DNA of 64,000 nt from an uncultured Bordetella sp. (GCA_964564865.1 CAZMDA010000002.1:33375-97374); one strand, 5' to 3'; numbered from the stretch's first letter, positions 22,141 to 33,150 are shown. The notes: a model not told the origin generated them from the letters alone. Numbers and translations are program-made.

Positions 22141-23420
22141 GAGGCGGTCTCTCCGGTCAGGCGCAGCAGGTTCAGGATCTCGGCGTAGCGGCGGTTGAGC
22201 AGATCCTCGCTCGCCGCGCCCATGTTGATCACGGCGTAGCGGTAGCTGCCCAGCCACTTCATCTCGCGCGCGAGGGCCCGGCCGCGCTTCAGGTACAGCA
22301 TCACCGCCGCGTCCGGGTAGCGCGCGCGCACGCTGGCGACGTCCGCCTCGCGCGGCTCGCGCGCCAGCGGCCGGCCGTCGAAGCGCCGGGAGACGAGGCT
22401 GGCGGCGATGGCGCAGCCGGTGGGCGCGCGCCGCGCCTGCGGCTCGGCGCCGGTGCACAGCTCGAGCAGCATGCGGTGCGGGTCGATGCCGTCCACGCGC
22501 TGGTACAGGCCCGCCAGTTGCGAGGCGAGGCGCGGATTGAGCTCGATGATGGTCAACCGGTCGGTGCGCGGATTCCAGAACAGCTCGATGTTGAAGAAGC
22601 CGTGGCGATAGCCCATCCCGGCGAGCAGGAGCTGCGCCAGTTCGCGCATGCGTTCCTGCACCGGCGCCGGGACGCGGGAGGGGTAGACGAAGCGTTCGAA
22701 GGCGTCCGTGCCCGGGAACATCACCGCGTCGCTCAGGCCTAGGAAGGTGACGCGGCCCTCGCGCACGTAGCCGTCCACGTTCACCTCCATGCCCTGCACC
22801 GGCTCCTCGGCGATGAGGTGGTGCGCATCGAGCGTGTAATCGGTATAGGCCGGCATCAGGTCGTTGAACGGCTTCACCAGGCGCCGGATGATCAGTTCCT
22901 CCAGGCGCGAGAACGCGAGGTGGCGGCGCAGCTCCTCGAAGCCGGCCACGCGGCGCGCCAGCACCGAGAAGGTGGCGCGCACCGGCTTGACGTAGAACGG
23001 GAAGGGCAGCCCGACCTGCTCCGGTTCCTGGATGCCGTACGGGAACACGGAGAACGCGGGCACCGCGCCCGGCGCGATCCGGCGCTGCTCCAGCCGCGCG
23101 TAGTACTTGTGCTGCGCGGTCACCACCACCGCCGGCGGCGTGCCGGGCAGGCCGAGGCGCCCGGCGACCGCGGCCGCGATCAGGGCGCCGAAGTACTCGT
23201 TGTTGCTGAACACCCCGTCGATGCGGCCGCGCCAGCGCTCGACCAGCTCGTCCACGAAGGCGCGCGCATCGAAGGTCAGGAGGCGCGCGTTCGACGGGAA
23301 GCGGAACAGGTCGAAGCCGGCCTCGACGAACTCGTAGTCCTCGTAGCCTCCGCGCGCGAAGGCCTCCCGGTCCCATTCCTTGGGAAAGACGACCAGGATC
23401 CGCTTGCGTGGCCTGGTCAT
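22137..23420 (-). CDS. ATP-grasp domain-containing protein
   Basis: 427 aa from ATG 23420 (MTRPRKRILVVFPKEWD..). ATP-grasp-like blocks FPFYVKPVRATFS, LIAEEPVQGMEVNVDGY and FFNIELFWNP..LTIIELNPR. The ATG overlaps the methyltransferase stop. Confidence 0.8.
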   Translation of the reverse strand: MTRPRKRILVVFPKEWDREAFARGGYEDYEFVEAGFDLFRFPSNARLLTFDARAFVDELVERWRGRIDGVFSNNEYFGALIAAAVAGRLGLPGTPPAVVVTAQHKYYARLEQRRIAPGAVPAFSVFPYGIQEPEQVGLPFPFYVKPVRATFSVLARRVAGFEELRRHLAFSRLEELIIRRLVKPFNDLMPAYTDYTLDAHHLIAEEPVQGMEVNVDGYVREGRVTFLGLSDAVMFPGTDAFERFVYPSRVPAPVQERMRELAQLLLAGMGYRHGFFNIELFWNPRTDRLTIIELNPRLASQLAGLYQRVDGIDPHRMLLELCTGAEPQARRAPTGCAIAASLVSRRFDGRPLAREPREADVASVRARYPDAAVMLYLKRGRALAREMKWLGSYRYAVINMGAASEDLLNRRYAEILNLLRLTGETAS

Positions 23421-24088
23421 CCCGGGACCGCGGCCGGATGCACGGTGCCGCGCGCAAGGTAGTTGGTGCCGAAGAGGACCGGCTCGATCCTCAGGTCCGG
23501 CACATAGGCCTGCAGCAGGCGCCACGGCGCGTCCAGCCCGGACAACGTGGTGACGTAGGGACTCGCCTTCAGCAGGCGGTACAGGCGCAGCGGGAACAGC
23601 CAGCGCGAGGCATGCTTGATCCCGGCGATGGCGACGCGGGCGCGCGGCCGCGCCCGGGCGAAGATGCGCTCCAGCGCCGAGGGCGATTGCAGCACGTCGT
23701 GGGTGTAGTTGAACAGGATGGCGTCCAGCGGCGCGCCCGGGTCGGCCTGCTCCATGGGCGCCTGGATGAGCCGGACGTTGTCCCAGCCCGCGGCGGACAC
23801 CCGCTCGCGGGCAAGGGCGATCATCTCCGGGCTGACCTCGACGCCGATGACGCGGCCCGAGGGGCCGACCGCCTCGCGCAGCAGCGGCAGGGACAGGCCG
23901 GTGCCGCAGGCGACGTCCAGCACCGTGTCCCCGGGCGCGAGACCCAGCAGGGCGATCACGCGCCGCCGCAGGGCCATGGTGCGCCGCGCGCTGGCGTCGT
24001 AGCCGGCGGCGTGCCGGCGGTACTTCTCGATCGCGAGGCTGGAATCGGGTTGCAGGGGCAGTGCTCCGCTCGTTTGCGCCGCCGTCAT
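23417..24088 (-). CDS. class I SAM-dependent methyltransferase
   Basis: 223 aa from ATG 24088. SAM motif I VLDVACGTGLS, then VIGVEVSPEM. Confidence 0.8.
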   Translation of the reverse strand: MTAAQTSGALPLQPDSSLAIEKYRRHAAGYDASARRTMALRRRVIALLGLAPGDTVLDVACGTGLSLPLLREAVGPSGRVIGVEVSPEMIALARERVSAAGWDNVRLIQAPMEQADPGAPLDAILFNYTHDVLQSPSALERIFARARPRARVAIAGIKHASRWLFPLRLYRLLKASPYVTTLSGLDAPWRLLQAYVPDLRIEPVLFGTNYLARGTVHPAAVPG

Positions 24089-24147
24089 GGGCTGGTGGTC
24101 GGCGCCGGGCTGTCGTTCATGACGCGGCGAACAGGGATTGCGGCGCT

Positions 24148-25398
24148 TTAGTCCGGCGGCCGGCCGCCGCCGATCACGATCCGGGCATTGCGCTCGAAGG
24201 TCCAGTAGGCCCAGGCCCAGTCGATCAGCACCACGATCCGGTTGCGGAAGCCGATCAGGAAGTAGATGTGGGCGAGCAGCCACAGCAGCCACGCCGGGTA
24301 GCCCGAGAAGCGCAGCTTGCCCAGCACCGCCACCGCGGCGTTGCGGCCGATGGTGGCCAGCATGCCGACGTCCTGGTAGCGGAACGGCGCCAGGGGCCTG
24401 CCGCGCAGCGAGGCGACGATGTTGCGGGCGACGTGGCGCCCCATCTGCTTCGCCGCCGGCGCGATGCCCGGGACCGCTGGGGCGTGCCAGGGCAGGGCGG
24501 CGAGGTCCCCGATCACCGCCACCTCCGGGTGTCCGGGAACGGAAAGATCCTCGCCCACGATGACCCGCCCGGCGCGGTCCAGCGGCACCCCCAGGCTCGC
24601 GCCCAGCGGCGAGGCCGCCACGCCCGCCGCCCAGACCACGGTGCGCGCCGCGAGGCGGTCCGCCCCGAGCTGCACGCCGCCGGCATCGATGCCACTCACC
24701 CTCCGGCCCAGCCAGACGGTGACGCCCAGGCGCTCCAGCTGCCGGCGCGCCTTCTCCGACAGGCTGGGCGGGTAGCCCGGCAGGACACGGTCGGTGCCCT
24801 CCACCAGCACCACGCGTGCGTTGCGCGGGTCGAAGCGGCGGAACTCGCCGTGAAGCGTGTGGCGCGCGATCTCGGCGAAAGCGCCCGCCAGCTCCACGCC
24901 GGTGGCGCCGCCGCCGATGACGACGAACGTCAGCCAGTCGGCGCGCTTCGCCGGGTCGGTTTCCCGCTCCGCGTGCTCGTAGGCGAGCAGCACCCGGCGG
25001 CGGATCTCGTAGGCGTCCTCCAGGGTCTTCAGGCTGGGCGCGTGCGCCGCCCAGTCGTCATGGCCGAAATAGCTGTTGGTGGCGCCGGTGGCGAGGATCA
25101 GGCGGTCGTAGGCGATCTCGTCGCCGCCGTCCAGCACCACGGCGCGCCGGGCCGCGTCGATGCGCGTCGCGTTGCCGTAGATCACGGTGGCGTTGTCCTG
25201 CCCGGCGAGGATGTGCCGGATCGGCGCCGCCACCGCGGGGGCGGAGAGGCCGGCCGTCGCCACCTGGTACAGCAGCGGCTGGAACAGGTGGTGATTGGTG
25301 CGGTCCACCACTGTGATCCTCACCGGCGCGCCGGCCAGGGCGCGCGCGGCGAACAGGCCGCCGAAACCGCAACCAAGGATGACGACATGGGGTTCCAC
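24148..25398 (-). CDS. NAD(P)/FAD-dependent oxidoreductase (type II NADH dehydrogenase-like)
   Basis: 416 aa from GTG 25398 (VEPHVVILGCGFGGL). Second dinucleotide fold VVIGGGATGVELAG, plus NHHLFQPLLYQVA and GDLAA. Confidence 0.85.
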   Translation of the reverse strand: MEPHVVILGCGFGGLFAARALAGAPVRITVVDRTNHHLFQPLLYQVATAGLSAPAVAAPIRHILAGQDNATVIYGNATRIDAARRAVVLDGGDEIAYDRLILATGATNSYFGHDDWAAHAPSLKTLEDAYEIRRRVLLAYEHAERETDPAKRADWLTFVVIGGGATGVELAGAFAEIARHTLHGEFRRFDPRNARVVLVEGTDRVLPGYPPSLSEKARRQLERLGVTVWLGRRVSGIDAGGVQLGADRLAARTVVWAAGVAASPLGASLGVPLDRAGRVIVGEDLSVPGHPEVAVIGDLAALPWHAPAVPGIAPAAKQMGRHVARNIVASLRGRPLAPFRYQDVGMLATIGRNAAVAVLGKLRFSGYPAWLLWLLAHIYFLIGFRNRIVVLIDWAWAYWTFERNARIVIGGGRPPD

Positions 25399-25419
25399 GC
25401 GGCTATGATAGCGGCTCGC

Positions 25420-25824
25420 ATGGAACTCTCCTCGATCCTCCGGCCCGGCGGCACCGGGAACGCCGCGTTGACCGTGGGCGAAGAGCACACCGCTCCGCGC
25501 GTCGGCAGCGGCCTGGTGCACGTGCTCGCCACGCCCGTGATGATCAACCTGTTCGAGGCCGCCGCGCTGGACGCGGTGGACCAGAACCTGCCGGCCGGCT
25601 ACCAGAGCCTCGGCACGGTGCTCAACGTGCGCCACATCGCGGCGACGCCGGTGGGGATGAAGGTGCGCGCGCGGGCGGAAGTGCTGCGGGTCGATGGGCG
25701 CACCGTGTACCTGAAGGTCGAGGCGCACGACGATAAGGACCTGATCGGCGATGGCCTGCACGAGCGCGTGGTGGTCAACGTCGAGAAATTCAGCCTGCGC
25801 GTGCAGCGCAAACTCAAGCCATGA
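25420..25824 (+). CDS. hotdog-fold thioesterase family protein
   Basis: 134 aa from ATG 25420 (MELSSILRPGG..). ATG 25405 is an alternative start. The pattern ..HTAPRVGSG.VHVLATP.MI.L.E.A..... is typical of FlK/PaaI-like thioesterases. Confidence 0.7.
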   Translation: MELSSILRPGGTGNAALTVGEEHTAPRVGSGLVHVLATPVMINLFEAAALDAVDQNLPAGYQSLGTVLNVRHIAATPVGMKVRARAEVLRVDGRTVYLKVEAHDDKDLIGDGLHERVVVNVEKFSLRVQRKLKP

Positions 25825-25834
25825 GGAGCGGCAC

Positions 25835-27076
25835 GTGAAGGCCGACATCGCGGTCCTCGGCGGCGGCATCGTCGGCGTCTGCGTCGCCCTGCACCTGCAG
25901 AAACGGGGACGGGCCACGATTCTGCTGGACCGGCGCGGCGCGGCCGAGGAAACCTCGTTCGGCAACGCCGGCCTGATCCAGCGCGAGGGCGTGGTGCCCT
26001 ACGGCTTCCCGCACGATTTCGGGGCCCTGCTGCGCTACGGCCTGAACCGCACCATCGACGCCCACTACCACCTCACCGCGCTGCCCGAGATCGCGCCCTT
26101 CCTGTGGAAATACTGGACCCACTCGCGCAAGGAGAGGCACGCCGAGATCGCGCGGCTGTACTCCAAGCTCATCGAGCATTGTGTCGTCGAGCACGACGCG
26201 CTCGCGGCCGAGGCGGGCGCGCAGGGGCTCATCCGGCGCGACGGCTGGATCCGCGCCTTCCGCACCGAGGCCAAGAGGGACGCCAGCTTCGCCGAGGCGG
26301 AGCTGTGGAAGCGCGAGTTCGGCGTCATCTACCGCACCCTCGATGCGCGCGCGCTGCAGGAAATGGAGCCCCACCTCGCGCCGGTGCTCTCCGGCGGCCT
26401 GCACTGGACCGAACCCACCACCGTCACCGACCCCAACGCGCTCGCGCTCGCCTACCTGCGGCGCTTCGAGTCCTTGGGCGGGCGCTTCGTACAGGGCAAT
26501 GCGGCGACGCTGGAGGCGAATGGCACGGGCTGGCGCCTGCGCACCGCGGAAGGCCCCGTGGAGACCGGCGCCGCGGTGATCGCACTCGGCCCCTGGGCCG
26601 ATGTCGTCACGCGGATGCTGGGCTACGACCTGCCGCTGGCGGTGAAGCGCGGCTACCACATGCACTACCGCGCCGCGGGGGTGGCGAAGCTCAACCGGCC
26701 GGTGCTCGACAGCGAGTCCGGCTACTGCCTCGCGCCGATGGCGCGCGGCATCCGCCTGACCACCGGCGCGGAGTTCGCCCTGCGCGACGCGATCCGCACC
26801 CCGGTGCAGCTCGGCCGCGCCGAGCCCATCGCCCGCAACCTGTTCCCGTTGGCGGAACGCGTCGATGCGGAGCCGTGGATGGGCGCGCGGCCCTGCACGC
26901 CGGACATGATGCCCATCATCGGGCCCGCGCCGCGGCACGGGAACCTGTGGTTCGCCTTCGGCCATGCCCACCACGGGCTGACGCTGGGGCCGGTGACCGG
27001 ACGGCTGATCGCGGAGATGGTGACCGGGGAACAACCGTTCGTGGATCCGGCGCCGTACCGGGCGGAGCGGTTCTGA
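25835..27076 (+). CDS. FAD-dependent oxidoreductase (D-amino acid dehydrogenase/DAO family)
   Basis: GTG 25835 follows GAGGAG. N-terminal FAD motif DIAVLGGGIVGVCVALHL, and C-terminal FGHAHHGLTLGPVTG. Confidence 0.85.
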   Translation: MKADIAVLGGGIVGVCVALHLQKRGRATILLDRRGAAEETSFGNAGLIQREGVVPYGFPHDFGALLRYGLNRTIDAHYHLTALPEIAPFLWKYWTHSRKERHAEIARLYSKLIEHCVVEHDALAAEAGAQGLIRRDGWIRAFRTEAKRDASFAEAELWKREFGVIYRTLDARALQEMEPHLAPVLSGGLHWTEPTTVTDPNALALAYLRRFESLGGRFVQGNAATLEANGTGWRLRTAEGPVETGAAVIALGPWADVVTRMLGYDLPLAVKRGYHMHYRAAGVAKLNRPVLDSESGYCLAPMARGIRLTTGAEFALRDAIRTPVQLGRAEPIARNLFPLAERVDAEPWMGARPCTPDMMPIIGPAPRHGNLWFAFGHAHHGLTLGPVTGRLIAEMVTGEQPFVDPAPYRAERF

Positions 27077-27096
27077 AGCGCGTCGTTTGACCCGGC

Positions 27097-27363
27097 ATGA
27101 CCCCTGCCCAACGCCTCGTCAACCTGATCACCCCCGACCGCAGCCGCTGGCTGCCGATGCTCGGGTGCCTCGCCATCGCCGGCGCCTGCATCCAGGCGGT
27201 GCTGTTCCTCAAGCCCGCCGAGCCGCTGCTCTCGATCCTCGTGATCGGCGCGCTGATGAGCTGGTTCATCGGCGCGCTGGCCGCGATCGGCTATACGCGC
27301 TGGTTCTTCGGCAGGGAGTTCGCCCGTGGCAAGCAGGAGAGCGGAGACGTGAAGCGGGAGTGA
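27097..27363 (+). CDS. small membrane protein (88 aa, two predicted TM helices)
   Basis: ORF starts 20 nt after the oxidoreductase gene. Hydrophobic stretches LPMLGCLAIAGACIQAVLFL and LLSILVIGALMSWFIGALAAIGY. Third codon positions are GC-rich. Confidence 0.55.
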   Translation: MTPAQRLVNLITPDRSRWLPMLGCLAIAGACIQAVLFLKPAEPLLSILVIGALMSWFIGALAAIGYTRWFFGREFARGKQESGDVKRE

Positions 27364-27383
27364 ATGTAACCGATCGGTTACAT
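27364..27383. repeat. 20-bp perfect palindrome ATGTAACCGATCGGTTACAT (copy 3)
   Basis: Read directly from the sequence. It begins immediately after the TGA at 27361-27363 and ends 12 nt before the convergent kinase stop at 27395. Confidence 0.95.
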
Positions 27384-27394
27384 CGGCCCCCGGT

Positions 27395-28443
<1,049 letters not shown>

Positions 28444-28447
<4 letters not shown>

Positions 28448-29109
28448 CAGGCCCTCGCGCCAAAGACGACGGGGTGGAGCCAGAGGAACGCGGCGTAGAG
28501 CGCGAGGCCGATCGCCGGGTTGCGCAGCCCGATCTCCGAGGCGACGACGCGGTTGCGGCCGGCGGCGATGGCGGCGAAGGGCACGAAGGAGGTCGCCGCG
28601 GCGAAGCGCTTCCAGTCCTCGCCCGCGCTCGCCGCCCGGCGCCGGTCGATGGACCGCGCGCCCAGCAGGGCCAGGACGAGGAAGCTGCCGAAGAACACCG
28701 TGGCCTTCAGCTCGCCGCGCGCGAGGATGTGCGCCCCGGCCCACAGCGCGAAGCCCCACATCAGCGGGTGGCGCGTGACGCGCAGGATGCCGCTCGCGGC
28801 GTCCTCGCGCTTGAGCAGCCGGCCGGCGCCGACCAGCGTCGGGTTGCGCGACAGCAGGCCGCAGGCCATGAGGATGAAGGCGAAGGGCATCACGATCGCC
28901 GGGGCGAGGCGAAGGCCCGGCCAGAGGACTTCAATCGGCGCCTTGCCGTACGCCCAGATCATCCAGCCCAGCGTGGCGAAGGCCGCCAGCGAATACACCG
29001 CCTGGTAGGCCTTCTCGCCCATGGCGCCGGCGAGCGCGCCGCGCAGCGGCGTGCTGGAGACGAAATGCGTCGCCAGGAACGCGGCGCAGGCGAGAACCAG
29101 CTGCTCCAT
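28444..29109 (-). CDS. NnrU family membrane protein
   Basis: 221 aa from ATG 29109 (MEQLVLACAAFLATHF..). Multi-pass hydrophobic protein with the RHPLMWGFALWAGAH block typical of NnrU. Confidence 0.75.
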
Positions 29110-31595
29110 CAGGCGAGCGCCCGGGTCACGATCTCGGCGACGTCGCGCGACAGGCCATCCGCCGCGCGGATGCGCTCCAGCTGCCGGCGGGCATGGCCCT
29201 GCCGTCCGGCGTCGAGCTTGCGCCAGCGGTCGAAGCCGCGCGCCATGCGCGCCGCCACCTGCGGGTTGAGCTGGTCCAGCGCCAGCACCTGGTCGGCGAG
29301 GAACGCGTAGCCGCCGCCGTCGGCGGCGTGGAAGCGGACGTGGTTGGCGGAGAAGCCGCGGATGAGCGAGTACACCTTGTTCGGCACCTTGATGTCGAAG
29401 GCCTCGTGCGACAACAGCTCGCGCACGCGGGCGAGCGTCCCGGGCAGGCGCGAGCCCGCCTGCACCGCGAGCCACTTGTCCACCACCAGCGGCTCGTGCT
29501 TCCACTTGCCGTAGAAGGAATCGAGGGCGATGGCGCGCTGCGGCGCGTTCGAGTTGGCGAGGAAGCCCAGCGCCGCCATGCACTCGGTCATGTTGTCCGA
29601 CTGGCCATACTGCTCGTAGCACAGCGCCACCAGGTCGGCGGTCTCCAGCTCCATCAGGTAGCCCAGCGCCAGGTTGCGCAGCGAGCGGCGGCCGATCGCG
29701 GCCGCATCCGGCGAGTACGGCCCCTTCAACTCCATGGCGCGGTAGGCGGCAAGCAGCTCGTCCTTGAGCGCCTGCGCGAGCGCGCGGCGCAGGCGGTTGC
29801 GCGCGGCGTGCAGCGCGTCCGGGTCCACCGTGTCCATCTGCTCGGCGAGGAAGGTCTCCGAGGGCAGGGCGAGCGCCTCGGCGGCGAAGGCGGGGTCGGG
29901 ATCGGACAGCAGCCGGCGCGCGGCGTCGATGAAGGCCGCCGGCGGCTCGCCGCCGCGCTCCAGGATGATGGTCGCCGCCAGGCGCTGGCCGGCCTCCCAG
30001 CGGTTGAACGGGTCGTCGTCGTGCGCCATCAGGTGCAGAAGCTCGTCGTCCGTGTAGGCGTAGTTGACGATCACCGGCGCCGAGAAGCCGCGCAGCAGCG
30101 ACGGCGCCGTGCCGGCGGGGGCGTCGAACACCAGCGTCTCCTCGCGTGCTTTGAGCGAATGCAGGCGCTCGTCATTGCCGACCTTGACCGCGAATGGGAT
30201 GTGGAACGGCGGCTCCATGGACTGCTTCACCTTGAGCGTGTAGCGCCCATCCTTCCATGCGCCGCTGCAGTCCAGCACCGGCGTGCCGGCGATGTCGTAC
30301 CAGCGCCGGAACTGGGAAAGGTCGATGCCGGAAGCATCTTCCATGGCCTGGACGAAGTCGTCGCAGGTGACCGCCTGGCCGTCGTGGCGCTGGAAATACA
30401 GCTTCATCCCGGCCTGGAACTTCGCCTCGCCCAGCAGGGTGTGCTGCATGCGCACCACCTCGGCGCCCTTCTCGTACACCGTCATGGTGTAGAAGTTGCG
30501 GATCTCCATGTAGGACTGCGGCCGCACCGGGTGCGCCATCGGGCCGGCGTCCTCGGGGAACTGCATGGCGCGCAGGCTGCGCACCTCCTGGATGCGCGAC
30601 ACCGCGCGCGAGTAGGTGTCGGCGCCGTATTCCTGGTCGCGGAACACGGTCAGGCCTTCCTTCAGCGACAGCTGGAACCAGTCGCGGCAGGTGACGCGGT
30701 TGCCGGTCCAGTTGTGGAAGTACTCGTGCGCCACGACGCGGTCGATGTTCACGTAGTCAGTGTCGGTCGCGGTGTCCGGGCGCGCGAGGACATACTTGGC
30801 GTTGAAGATGTTGAGGCCCTTGTTCTCCATCGCGCCGGAGTTGAAGTCCCCCACGGCGACGATCTTGTATTCGTCGAGATCGAGCGCCAGGCCGAAGCGC
30901 TTCTCGTCCCAGTCGATGGCGCGCTTGAGGCAATCCATGGACCAGGCGGCCTGGTCCAGCTTGCCGGGCTCGACGTAGATTGCGAGCTTCTTTCCCCGGT
31001 GCGTCTCCTCCAGCACCTCGAGCTTCGCCGCCACCAGCGCGAACAGGTACGAGGGCTTGGGAAAGGGATCCTCGAAGGTGGCCCATCCTTCGCCCGCGGC
31101 CACCCGGTTGCCGTTGGACAGCAGCACCGGATACTTCGCCGGGTCGGCGCGCACCGTGGTGCGGAAGGTCGCCAGCACGTCGGGCCGGTCCGGGTACCAG
31201 GTGATGCGCCGGAAGCCCTGCGCCTCGCACTGGGTGACGAATCCGCTCGCGGCCTGGTAGAGCCCCTCCAGCTTGGTGTTCCGTTGCGGGACGATGCGCG
31301 TCAGGGTCTTCAGCGCGAAGGCGTCCGGCACGCCGGGAATGGTCAGCAGTTCCGGCGTGACGGCGTGGGCGGCGGGCTTGCCGTCCAGTTCCAGCGACAC
31401 CAGTTCCAGCTCGTCGCCGTTCAGCTCCAGCGGCGCATTGGGGGTGCGGGCCGCCGGATTGCGGCGCAGGGACAGGACGGCGGTGACCAGGGCGTCCTGG
31501 TCGCGGATCGCCACGTCCAGCTCGACGCGTTCGACGAGGAACGCCGGCGGGGTGTAGTCCTTGAGGTGGATGGTCTTCGGGGTGGGTTCGCGCAT
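29109..31595 (-). CDS. pepN: aminopeptidase N
   Basis: 828-aa ORF with GAMEN and the zinc motif HEYFHNWTGNRVTCRDWFQLSLKEG. Confidence 0.92.
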   Translation of the reverse strand: MREPTPKTIHLKDYTPPAFLVERVELDVAIRDQDALVTAVLSLRRNPAARTPNAPLELNGDELELVSLELDGKPAAHAVTPELLTIPGVPDAFALKTLTRIVPQRNTKLEGLYQAASGFVTQCEAQGFRRITWYPDRPDVLATFRTTVRADPAKYPVLLSNGNRVAAGEGWATFEDPFPKPSYLFALVAAKLEVLEETHRGKKLAIYVEPGKLDQAAWSMDCLKRAIDWDEKRFGLALDLDEYKIVAVGDFNSGAMENKGLNIFNAKYVLARPDTATDTDYVNIDRVVAHEYFHNWTGNRVTCRDWFQLSLKEGLTVFRDQEYGADTYSRAVSRIQEVRSLRAMQFPEDAGPMAHPVRPQSYMEIRNFYTMTVYEKGAEVVRMQHTLLGEAKFQAGMKLYFQRHDGQAVTCDDFVQAMEDASGIDLSQFRRWYDIAGTPVLDCSGAWKDGRYTLKVKQSMEPPFHIPFAVKVGNDERLHSLKAREETLVFDAPAGTAPSLLRGFSAPVIVNYAYTDDELLHLMAHDDDPFNRWEAGQRLAATIILERGGEPPAAFIDAARRLLSDPDPAFAAEALALPSETFLAEQMDTVDPDALHAARNRLRRALAQALKDELLAAYRAMELKGPYSPDAAAIGRRSLRNLALGYLMELETADLVALCYEQYGQSDNMTECMAALGFLANSNAPQRAIALDSFYGKWKHEPLVVDKWLAVQAGSRLPGTLARVRELLSHEAFDIKVPNKVYSLIRGFSANHVRFHAADGGGYAFLADQVLALDQLNPQVAARMARGFDRWRKLDAGRQGHARRQLERIRAADGLSRDVAEIVTRALA

Positions 31596-31655
31596 GGGCC
31601 CGATTTTACAGGCCGCACCCCGAGGTGGCCCTACGCGTTCTGTCCCAGGAGAACG

Positions 31656-32243
31656 CTAGGCGTTCTTCTCCGCCAGGCGCTTGATCAGGCCCTCGATGCC
31701 CGAGGTGCGCGTGACCTGCTCGAACTCCGAGCGGTAGGTGAGCACCAGGCTCACCCCTTCGACGCTGATGTCGTAGATCTTCCAGCCCTCCGGGGTCTTC
31801 TTCATCGCGTACTCCACCGGCACCGGCGGCGCGCCGGGCTTCAGGTACCGGTTGCGCACCGTGGTCTCGGTGGCGCCGGCGGCCATGCGCACCGGCAGCA
31901 CCTGCATGGTCTGGCCGCGGTAGGTGTCGATGGCGTTGGAGTAGATGCGGATCAGCAGGCTGCGGAACTCGGCGACGATGCGCTCGCGCTGGGCCGGGGT
32001 GGCGTTCCACCACGGCTTGCCCACGGCGAGCTGCGCCGCCTCGCGGAAGTCCACGTGCGGCAGCACCTTCTGCTCGGCCAGCTGCAGCGACTTCTTGCGG
32101 TCGCCGGCCTGCAGGTCCTTGTCGGACTTGATGCTCTCCAGGACGTCGGCCGTGATTTTTCGCACCAGTTCCTCGGGGCCGAGTTGCTGTGCCGCCGCGT
32201 TGAATGCGACCAGGAGAGACAGGACTGCGATGGCGGTTTTCAT
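31656..32243 (-). CDS. MlaC/Ttg2D family phospholipid-binding periplasmic protein (orphan)
   Basis: 195 aa from ATG 32243 (MKTAIAVLSLLVAFNAAAQ signal). Typical blocks ..VLPHVDF...A.L.VG..W......QR..F..EF..LL...Y...... No mlaD, mlaE or mlaF gene is nearby. Confidence 0.75.
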   Translation of the reverse strand: MKTAIAVLSLLVAFNAAAQQLGPEELVRKITADVLESIKSDKDLQAGDRKKSLQLAEQKVLPHVDFREAAQLAVGKPWWNATPAQRERIVAEFRSLLIRIYSNAIDTYRGQTMQVLPVRMAAGATETTVRNRYLKPGAPPVPVEYAMKKTPEGWKIYDISVEGVSLVLTYRSEFEQVTRTSGIEGLIKRLAEKNA

Positions 32244-32274
32244 GCGCTCTTTGACCTCCTCGGGTCGGCCAAGT

Positions 32275-33150
32275 TCAAAATCCGTACTGCGCCGCAGGGT
32301 TGTGGCACAGGATGGCCTGCCGCAGGGCCTCGTCGCCAACCCACGACATGAACAGGTCCACCAGGTGCCCGACGTCCGGGGCCGCGGCCCCCATCCGGAC
32401 GTGCGGCCAGTCGCTGCCCCAGGTCAGGCGGTGCGGGCAGGCGTGCAGCCAGGCATCGAAGAAAGGCCGGACGTCAGGATAGTCCGGCGGCGCCTTGGAC
32501 ACGCGCAGCGCGGCAGTCTTCACCCAGATGCCCTCGGCCGCGGCGATCGCGACCACGCGCCGGAACGCGGCGTCGTCCGCGCCGCGCGAGACGTCGAAGT
32601 AGCCCAAATGGTCGAGCGACAGCGCCAGGCCCAGCTTCAGGAGGCGCGGCAGTTCCGCCGCCAGCGTGTCGCACGGCGCCCACAGCTGCGCCTGCCAGCC
32701 CAGTTGCCTCATGCGGGGCGCGAGCCGGTCCAGCTCCGCGAAGCCGATCACGCCCTTGTACCGTTGGCCCGTGCCGGGCACGGTGACCTCGGTGAAGCGC
32801 AGGCCGCGCACGCCGCGGCGGTGCATCGCCTCCAGCTCGGCGTCGGTGGCGGCGGGGTCGGCGACCGCGATGCCGCGCAGCCGCCCGCCGGAAGCGTCCA
32901 GCGCGTCGAGCAGGGTGCTGCAATCCATGCCCAGCGCCGAGGCCTGCACCACGACGCCGCGCGCGAAGCCCATGCGATCGAGCAGCGCGAGGTGCGCGGT
33001 CGCGGGCGCGAGCGGAGGCGTGTAGCTGCGGTCGGCCGCGAGCGGGTAGCGGTCGAAGGGACCGAACACGTGCGCGTGCGTGTCGCAGGCGCCGGGCGGC
33101 GGCAGCCGCCGCGGCACCGAGGGCGTGCGGGGGATCTCGAGGTCCGTCAC
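32275..33150 (-). CDS. amidohydrolase family protein (LigI/2-pyrone-4,6-dicarboxylate lactonase-like)
   Basis: 291 aa from GTG 33150, which overlaps the upstream stop (GTGA). Contains the CDTHAHVFGP motif and later DHLG and WGSDWPH. Confidence 0.8.
   Translation of the reverse strand: MTDLEIPRTPSVPRRLPPPGACDTHAHVFGPFDRYPLAADRSYTPPLAPATAHLALLDRMGFARGVVVQASALGMDCSTLLDALDASGGRLRGIAVADPAATDAELEAMHRRGVRGLRFTEVTVPGTGQRYKGVIGFAELDRLAPRMRQLGWQAQLWAPCDTLAAELPRLLKLGLALSLDHLGYFDVSRGADDAAFRRVVAIAAAEGIWVKTAALRVSKAPPDYPDVRPFFDAWLHACPHRLTWGSDWPHVRMGAAAPDVGHLVDLFMSWVGDEALRQAILCHNPAAQYGF

Noticed and set aside
29193-32351. 1052-aa plus-strand ORF opposite pepN
   Set aside because: This is the longest ORF in the region, but it is a featureless Arg/Gly/Val/Ala-rich mirror of pepN. 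pepN carries GAMEN and HEXXH-E motifs, so the antisense frame was discarded.
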